A stretch of 37,278 nt of DNA, taken from the NCBI GenBank assembly GCA_041667225.1, contig JBAYFK010000001.1, positions 1-37,278 of the forward strand. Direction: 5' to 3'. Below, piece by piece: positions 17,601 through 26,600 of this stretch. The notes under the pieces were generated by a model. The model ran no database searches and was not told the origin of the DNA. It saw only the letters and a program-made list of their open reading frames with translations. A program made the translations under genes and the position numbers. The DNA is from Candidatus Omnitrophota bacterium. GTDB taxonomy: Bacteria; Omnitrophota; Gorgyraeia; 2-01-FULL-45-10. Within the stretch, counting starts at the first letter, position 1, and each line of letters opens with the position of its first letter.

Positions 17601-20600
17601 GTTTTGAACTGGATCCCGTCAGGAAGGTGATCATCTCCGCCTCTGCCGTAGAAATGGTCCGGACGATATCTCAGAAAGACTTGAGAACCGTATTCATGGA
17701 ATCGGAAAGCATCATCACGTCCAGGACGGGTATGGTGGATATATCGAAGGTACGGCCCTCCAAACTCATGAGGTATGGATATGCAAAGATCGTAGGATCT
17801 AACGGTAACATTGTCATAGCTCCTGTCGAAGGCATGATCCAGAGGCCGATGCCGAGAAACTGGGCAATGGGGTTACCGTTCACATCGCTCGCCGTATCTT
17901 TAGCGGGTAAGCGCTCTGTTCCTGACAAGAAAAAATCCGGGAAGAAAGATGCGCCGTCGCCGAAACGGGAAGTCGTATTCGCGATCGATCTGCCGGCTTC
18001 TACTGGATTTGATGACGATGTACGCGAGAGCGAAAAGATATATGAATTTCTGGATGGATTTGAGCAGGATCATAAGGGTAAGCTAGGCGGGCTATTGGAA
18101 GATGTTCTTGAGGAGTTGATCTTTAATGTTACAGATCATGGCCGCGGCGGAAAGATGGTCATATATATGGAGAAAGACGCTGACGGTGAGCCGGCAGCTA
18201 TTGAGATCGTGACAACTGATAACGGGCCGGGGCTGCCCGATAGTCCCGATGATCTTGTAAAGAAAAGCTTGTTGGCACATGAAAGATTTGTTAATAGCCC
18301 GGATGACGAGCCGGAGCCTTTAGACGATGGTATTGATTATGCATTAATGAATGCTTACAGGGGGCAAGGTTTTGCCAGGATAGCCCTTGACCCGGATAGT
18401 GTTACTATTGAGTGTAACGGCTTGAAGTATTCAAGGTCTACAAACGATAAGAATGCTTCCTCATGGTTCGGTGAACCGGTAAAGAGCGAAGTTACGACCG
18501 GCGCCCGTTTCACCCTCGGTTTCTCATTACGGAGCGAAGCTACCCATATTCCTTCTATCCCTGTTGACCGCAGGCCGGTAGATTCAGGGCTTCTGGCTTC
18601 GAGCTTTGTCGAATACGACATGGACGTCAAAGAAACGGTCAACCCTGACAATAAACCTATTAAGGCTCTCTATTGCGCCTCCGGCGCCGATCTCTCGAAT
18701 TTTCTTCTATCGACTAACGCAACCGAAGGATACTTTGTTTCTCACTACCGTGGGCGTTTCCGCACCATGAGGGGCAAAGACCTAAGGGAGTGCTTTGAAA
18801 GCGCGTCACCAGAGGATTATATAAAAAAGAATCTGTCTCCATATTATCGGGAAAAGTTCGAAAGGGGTTTTGCAGGCACGGAAACCTTTTATAGCATGCG
18901 TCAAACGATCGCCGCTATGGCTTTTGAACTGAAGTCGATCGGTGTTGACTTGTCGACCGTAAAGATAGATACGCTTAACGGCCGGCCCGTCTTACGGTTC
19001 CGATGGAAGTATTATGGCTGCGACGAGCGCGATTATTCCGTAGTCCTTATAGACGCCGATGCGACAAAACCGGAGGAGTATGCCGCTGATCTTGCCGGTG
19101 TTGCTATGGATGTATATTATCAGCGCGCTGGGAATGAGCTTCCTATGGAGTACAGGAAAGGAGCAAAAAGCTATATCGGTTGGATATACGCCAGGATGAA
19201 ACCGGGTGCTTATGTCGTGACAGACGACAACGCTTTTGACAATGCCCAGCAATGGTACCGCGACCTTGGCGGCTCCTTTCCACTGCCGGCTAAAGAGGTC
19301 GACATGCCCGAGCTGTGGCCTATAGAGTGGGTCATTCTCAGGGCTCTGCGCCCTATGGATATATTTAACCATGAAGCGGCGTTTTACGGCTGGCGCATGA
19401 CTGTCCGCCAGAAGCCGATCGACGCGGAGATGGTAACGGACGATATAGGTAATCTTGTGAAGGTGTCCAAAAGGCCTTTCCTGGCAAGGATCGTAGCATA
19501 TTTGCGGGGTAAGGGTATTTCGGAGCGGTGGATAGCGTCTTTGGGCGGGCTCGAGGAATTGTTCTTCAGCGGAATTGTAATAAGCGCTTTTGCTGCAGCA
19601 GCGCCCCATATCTTTGCAATTTCATTCTCAGCCGCCCTTTATACAGGTTTTGGCATAAGCGCCGTCCTATTTACGCTCTCACACATTAAAGAAGTTTACA
19701 GGATGACAGGAGGTGCTCTTACTACCGCGCCTCCTTCAGCCTCGGATATGATCTTTATAACGGGATTGGGAATGGCCTTCCGCGCGGTATATCTTGCGGG
19801 GCTGGCCCTGCTCCCATTTGGCCCTTACAATATAGCAGTTGCTTTACCTCTCATAATAGTTCTTCATAGCATTTATAATGCGTTCATAGCCCCAAGATCG
19901 GACCTTGTTCTGGGTATGGCATCAGTGAACCCGGATAAGCCATTCAAAGAACTCACCCGCATAAACTCTTCTATTGCAACCGATACAACCGCCCTTATCA
20001 ATCAGTTATCGAAAAGCTTCTCGTCGGCATATCTGATAATGAACCCTTTGCGCAACATCAAAGCCGGCCTTGCCAGATATGGTTATGTTAAGCGGACCTC
20101 TCTGGAATCATGCCGCCTTGGAATAAGACGTATTCTGGCCACATGGCATCTTTCCGAAACTAAAAAGAAGAAGCTCTCGGCCGCTCTTAACAGGATAGAT
20201 AAGATACTGGCCAAGATGGACCGCATGGACGGGATGATAGACGGTATTGAGCTATTACCTCGCGGCGTAAGCGTCTCTTCCGTCGCATCAGGCCTCAACA
20301 TTTGTGTGATAAGACTGAAGAGCATACTCGAAGGGATCAGGGAAGAGGATGTCCATCTCATCGAAAGACTGGAAGGCATAAGCGCCTCTATTCACGAGAT
20401 GGCAGTCGGGCATGAGGAGATAAACTCTGAAAAATTGATCGGCTATGTAAAGGCATTTAAAGCGATATCGACCCACCAAGGGGTAGGAGATAAGAGCCGC
20501 GCCAGGATATCTCGCCTCGCAGATGACATGAGCGCCTTGTTAGCAAGCGCTAATGAACAGGGTGGAGGATCACGATCCCCGGCAGCCGAGCAGATCGAGA

Positions 20601-23600
20601 CATCACTCTTTGATTCGGAAGATATGAGCCTTATTGACAGGATGTGGATAGCTATGCCAGTCCAGGATGGACGTGATTGGAGCGCTGCCGTAGAAGAGCT
20701 GCAATCCAGGTTCAGCAAAGATCATCCGGGAGACCTCCAGGTAATAGAAGAAGGGGCGTCTTATGACATAGATGAGCGCGTATCGGACCGGTTGGTTAAG
20801 TATGTCGAATCCATTGGCGGGAAACATGCCGGTGACGTACATATAATGACGTCTACTATAAGCGCTGCGCTGCAAAATGTGTATCAGCACGGGGATAATT
20901 ACGGAGCTATGATATTAAGGGCCAGGCGCACGGGCCGAAAGATGGAAGTGGAATTTGTAATAATAGACCGCGGACAAGGGTTTATCGACCGCCAAGGTAA
21001 GCATGTGGATATCCACGAAGCCGTTAAATACGGGAAGTCTTTCGGCGCGAACGGCCAAAGCGGTATAGGGCTGACCATTACCGTTGAGGTGGCCGATAGC
21101 ATTTCTATTACGACCGTCGACAGATCTTCCGGGTCATCGGAGGCTTACTACTGGGAGAAGGGGGACGTTCATGAGTCCCGTCTGAAAACTGCGCCTGTTG
21201 AGAGCGGTTCAAAGATAGTCTTTACCAGAGAGGTCGATTTAACTCCGGAGCCCGATGATCCGAAGGGCGAAAACGTTGCAGTAGAGCCGGCCGCTCAAAG
21301 CGTTGACATTGTTAAATGGTATTTTGAAGAATATGAACCTTCTCAAGTTGAAATGGCCGCATCGTTCAACGATGGGACTCTTACGGGGGACCATATAATA
21401 GAATGGGTAGACCGTGTGGTACGTCCACTAAAGCCGGACTTAGATGTTACCGGGATCGTTGAAACGGGCAAACCATTCACGCCGCGTCAGGCAGGGCTCT
21501 TAGGTGAAAAGATCTTGAAAGATGTCCTTATCCCGCACGGTATCATTGCGCATGTGTCGGCCGTTGCTTCAGGTGTAGCTGTCGGATCGATAACTAATAC
21601 GGAGACGATAACAACACCTGCGGGACGTACGATACCTTTATATACGGTGCGTACTCTGAGAGGTGAATTCGGCCAAGGGACAGCTTTTGCCGAATATGTC
21701 ATCGTGCCGGAAGAGATAGCCAAGGAGTCTCATGAAATTGCAGATCATTATGCCAAACTATGGCGTGACCACATGGAAGGGCGCGCTCCTGCCGCTCTTT
21801 TCAGATACCAGAAGCGGTATGCGGAATGGATCTTTATGCATCTTTTCGGTAAGTCCGATGCCGCTGCTGCCGCGCGCCTCGTCCGTGAATGTGACCTTGC
21901 AGAGGAGCTGAGCCATTCTGATATGCAGGCTTTTACGGAGACGGTATTAGAAAGGCCTCTCGACACGGCGGTACCTGAGGATGTAGAGGCGGCAAGCCAC
22001 GCGATACTTAAACCCGCATCTATCGAAGAGCTCGCCTTTGAAGCAGCCCGCGACGGCGAAACTCGTTATATCCTCGCTGAGGCAGTTCTTGAGGTTGAAG
22101 CAAAGCTTAATGCTATAATACGCTCGCCGATGAGCGCCTATAATTTCCTCGAGTTCCTGCACGGAAATGTCGTCGACCTGCATATACCCGGTGATGAGCC
22201 GCCGGAATATAACGTTGCCAGGAATATACTCCTATCCGTTATGAGTAAACACCTTTTCGGCAAGAGCACTACGGACACTCGCGAGTGGAGAGACTATCTT
22301 GACGAGACGTTATGGAATATGGACGAATTTAATGCTGCCCTGAAGAAGGCGGCCGCCGCGGCTTACCGCGAAGAATTCTTGAGTCACGATGAAAGAGTAA
22401 AGAAGGCCGAAGGATATAAAACAAGGCGCCGGCACACGGAACTCTACACTAACATGTATAGGGAGCTCGTAAGGCCGCGTTTTGCGCTGGGCGCGCCAAA
22501 GGTCCTTAACATCTGCTCCGGCGCGGGCGCCAGCGCAATATTGTATGCGACTAACTGCTCCTCATCGGTCATGATCGACAGGCTGTCCTTCGGATATAAC
22601 GCAGGAGTGATGAGCGGCCGGTCTGAGCGGACAGAACGGGAGCGATATTTTAATGATATCGCTCAATATGATTTTCCCCGGACTGACACTCTCACAGGGA
22701 TCGGATCTCTCTGGCTTCCTCTTAAGTGGGAGCTGGCAGAGATGGGTATAGGAGAGGATGCGATCACGGTGGATAATCCTGCATATGGCACGTGGCGCGT
22801 CCGTTTTACGTGGCAGCATCCCGACGATGATCAGCCGCGCGAGAGGACATTGTGGTTCTATCAGGAGGACATTCCCGAATCATCGGGCGTTGCCGATCTT
22901 TCGGCCGGCGTAAGGCTTGACGCTCAAAAGGTGGACATCCTGGATGCCGATATACTCTTCGACAGAGCCGCCGAACACACTTTGCGCGCGACTACCGATA
23001 TGCCGCTCTATATGAAACGCAAAAGCATAGTGATCACCGATAATCCGGTCAGAAAAAATATATTCGATACACAGGATTCTCTCGTTCCCGTAACGCTAGA
23101 TCCGGCCCTTTCGGAACAGTCCAGCCGTTTCGGATATGTAGGGAAAAATACGTATGAAAAACATGACGCGCTTGATGCTATGGCGGTCTACGAAGTCCGG
23201 GGTTCGTCTAACGGGTTTTCCGGAGATAACGTCAATATTTATAGCGCAGACTCGCTTACCGGAGAAGAGAGGGATAGGCTCGCCCGTTTTGTGATACGGG
23301 AAGGGCTCGATATAAGTACTACATATATAGGAGAAGATGAACGCGGTATTGAGCTTGGCCGCGCCTATCTCGACAGGTTGACCAGGAAGAACGAGAGCGG
23401 GGAGAGTGGATATTTTGTAGCTTTTAAAGGAGGGGATCCGGTAGGTATCGTCAGTTATGCGGTTCTTCCCGGATGGCTTGCAGCCGAAAGAGAATACGAG
23501 TCTACCATAGACGATCTGTACGTTACCGGTAGCGTCAGAAATCAGGGGATAGCAGCAGATCTCGTGCGGCAGGCCGAAACGCATTTACGAAAGAAGAACG

Positions 23601-26600
23601 TCAAAAATTACTATGTCGTAGTAGGGCAGGGTGCCCCGTCTCAGGACTTCTGGAAAAAATTTATTCCCCGGGAATATCAGACCGTGGATGACAAAGGTGA
23701 GCTCTTTTCATCGATCGTTCCTTTTGAGAACCCAAGAGAGATAGCTCGGGTGGAGGCATGTATAAAAGCCGTGAAGGCGGGCGCGTTCCAGAACGGCAAC
23801 GTGGTCGACTTAAGAAGGATACCGCCCGATATGGAGGTCATTATCGTTGGGGATCTCCATGCGCGGGTGGATAATCTCGGCAATATCCTTGAGCATGCGG
23901 ATCCCGGGACCGGCAAGAGCGTATATGAAAAGGTCAGGGACGGCGAGGCGGTACTCATACTGCTTGGCGATGTGGTGAACAACGATCCTCCGGATACTGA
24001 AAATATCGCGGCCATTGCGGAGCGCCTCTCTTCGATGGAAGAGTCCGTCGATATGATCAAAAAGGTCATGGACCTGAAGATCTCCCATCCGGATAGCGTC
24101 TACTACGTGCTCGGCAATCATGATGATCCTTTTTCCATGTGCAATAGAGGCGGGATAGATCAGTCGAGGATATACAGGGATACGATCCGGTCGCGTTACG
24201 GCGAGAGATATCTTTATCTCTATAACGATCTTATTCAGGCGAGCCCGGTAATGGTCATAGCAGAAGGTCTTGTAGCCACGCATGCTGCCCCAATAAGAAG
24301 GCTCTCTCTTGAGAATATAATCAATGCCGATAAAGATTCTGATGAGATACATTTCGGGATGTGGGGGCGCCATGAATCCCATTTTGGAGATCTGGTCGAT
24401 ATTTCGGAAGACTCGAGTCCCCTCCGCCAGCTGCTTTATCAGTCGCGCAGGGAGCAGTCGTACGACAGCAGAGATGTTGTTGAATTCCTCGATAGGGTCG
24501 GCCAAAAAGACGGCGTATTCATCGTAGGCCATACACCTGATCTTATACCGGAAGGCGATTTCCACGCCGAGATCGAGGATAGACATCACATTATATATGC
24601 CGCGCGCGATAAGACGGGATACGCTTCGTTCACAGCCGGCAAGCTCGATTTTGTGGAAACGTCCGCCGTTGAAATGCCGCGCGTAGAAAGATCATCGCCA
24701 ACGCCATCGTCCGGTCTTAAGCTTGCCGACAAAGTCCTTTTAGCGCTGCCGATCGAGGAACAGCAGAGAGTGGACGCGGTGGTGCGTTTTGCCGCGCATG
24801 TGATGAGGCTTAGCGGAATAGGAGATGCAGATCTGGAAAAGGAAGCCGCTTTCGACGCCATCCCTGCTTCGACTGTAGCGGCGTTCATGCTGGCCGAGAG
24901 AGATAAAGACGCTAAACTTGACAGTTATGATGAGAGCTGGGAGGCGGACGCGATAATATTTTTAGGTCATAACCATCCGTTATTCAAAGATACTAAAGTG
25001 ACGCCGAAACTGAGCATACGCGTTCTTTTCGAGATGCGTAAGCGCGGTATGCAGGTTTCAGAATATTGTATTTCCATGTGCGATTCCGTAGATAAGCTCG
25101 TATCATTCCTTTTGAACGGCCCGCTCGAAGAGAAAGAGAGGATGGCCCGCGCAACCCTTATGATAGAAGAGCTTGGAATGAAAGATCTCATCCCATGGTC
25201 GGCCGCAGCGCTCGACAGGATATCTCTTTACGCTGAATGGGCCGGTACACCCGACGAAGCGCGCGTTGCGTGCTCTTTCCTGGAGCATTTCACCGGGCAC
25301 CTTTTTGAGTCACGCGCCATGGCAGATGCGTTCATGTTCAATCTGTCCGTGGTGGAGGGTTTCCTTGGCCCAGGCAATATAAATAACAAGGATACGGGGG
25401 TCGTCTATCTTCTCGGCGGGGCAAGCCTGCTGTACGACCAGGCCAGACAGATCGCCTTATCTTTAAAGGTCAGTCCTTCGCGTATACATCCGTTCTCTTT
25501 GAACAGGAAGACGGCTGAAAGCGATGACGAGACGATAAGGGAATACATAAAACAGGAAGGCCTCGACCGCTATAAAAATCTCGTCATAGTCGACACAGGG
25601 TTCCATGGCAGCATGGCGCGCCGTCTTAAAGATGTATTGGGATCGATGCCGAACTCTCCCCGTAACGTACACGCGAGACTTTTGGCGATGAGCTCAGAAC
25701 CGTATGAATACAAGGGTATGGATGTTCTGGGATATAACCATGTTCTTCAGGAGGTAGATCCAAATTGGTCCGAGATCGATAGGAACGCTCTTTTCTTAAT
25801 AACCCATCTCCTCGATAACATATTCCCAAAACGCGAACAGTCGCCCGGCCGTCTCGATACTGCGAACGTTCTCGTGGCCGTCACTCCGGTTACTGTACCT
25901 TCGGAAGTGCCAGGTTTTGCAGCTATAGTGTCCAACGAGATGCGACTCGGTACGGGCAGATTATTATCACGCGGTTTCGAATATCCCGATCCGGGGAATA
26001 GCGTGTGGGAGAGATGGATTCCCTCCGGAAAAGATGAAATGGAAGGCGCTCCAGCGGCGGAAATTCCGGACCTTCTCGACAGTACGGTCAGGGGCAACGC
26101 TTCATACGGTAAATTGAAACAGGAATTGACATCCCGGTTTACGCGTCTCGGCCAGAAGGGCGTTTCTTTAGATAGTGTGGAGGATGTTCTCGATGAAAAT
26201 AGCGTAGAGATCTTCCAGGCGATGTGGGGCCTGAGGAACATCTTTACCGGTTCCAAGTTTTCTGATGAAAGGGCGCAGACGGATATGTGCTATGAGGTGA
26301 GCGTGGCTGTATGCGAAGCTTTTGACGAAGCGGTCCCCGGCCATGAAATCGTCCTCATGAGCGGATATTATGACGATGCCGGAGGCGGGCTCTTTAGAAT
26401 ACCTCATTTCTGGGTAGTGATAGACGGCGATATCGCAATAGACCTTACATACGGACAGTTCGATAGCGAATACGAGGATACCGCTCTCGTTGTCCGGACC
26501 GGAGAGCTCCCGCGGTACAAGCTGGAGCAGGGGAAGGTGGCTCCTTGGAAGAGCGCTCCTAGACCCCAGACATCAGTAGCCGCTACCATTTCAGCCATAC

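Noticed and set aside
21533-21590. HD-domain-like helix (LIPHGIIAHVSAVASGVAVG) in the giant protein
   Set aside because: It resembles the first His-containing helix of HD/HDIG phosphohydrolases. However, I could not find the obligatory downstream HD dyad and distal Asp at the expected spacing.
23810-24589. 259-aa minus-strand ORF, plus other antisense or alternate-frame ORFs inside the giant gene (for example 18992..19609, 23096..23584, 25747..26256)
   Set aside because: They sit opposite regions where the + frame carries clear metallophosphatase, GNAT and other motifs. They have no motifs of their own, and the 15.5-kb + frame is far longer than chance allows.
25582-25615. NLVIVDTGFHGSMARRL segment, reminiscent of a D-x-G-x-x-G-S loop seen in some hydrolase/HAD-associated domains
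   Set aside because: There is no upstream DxDxT/V nucleophile motif or other HAD signatures. The region 25380..25860 remains unassigned.
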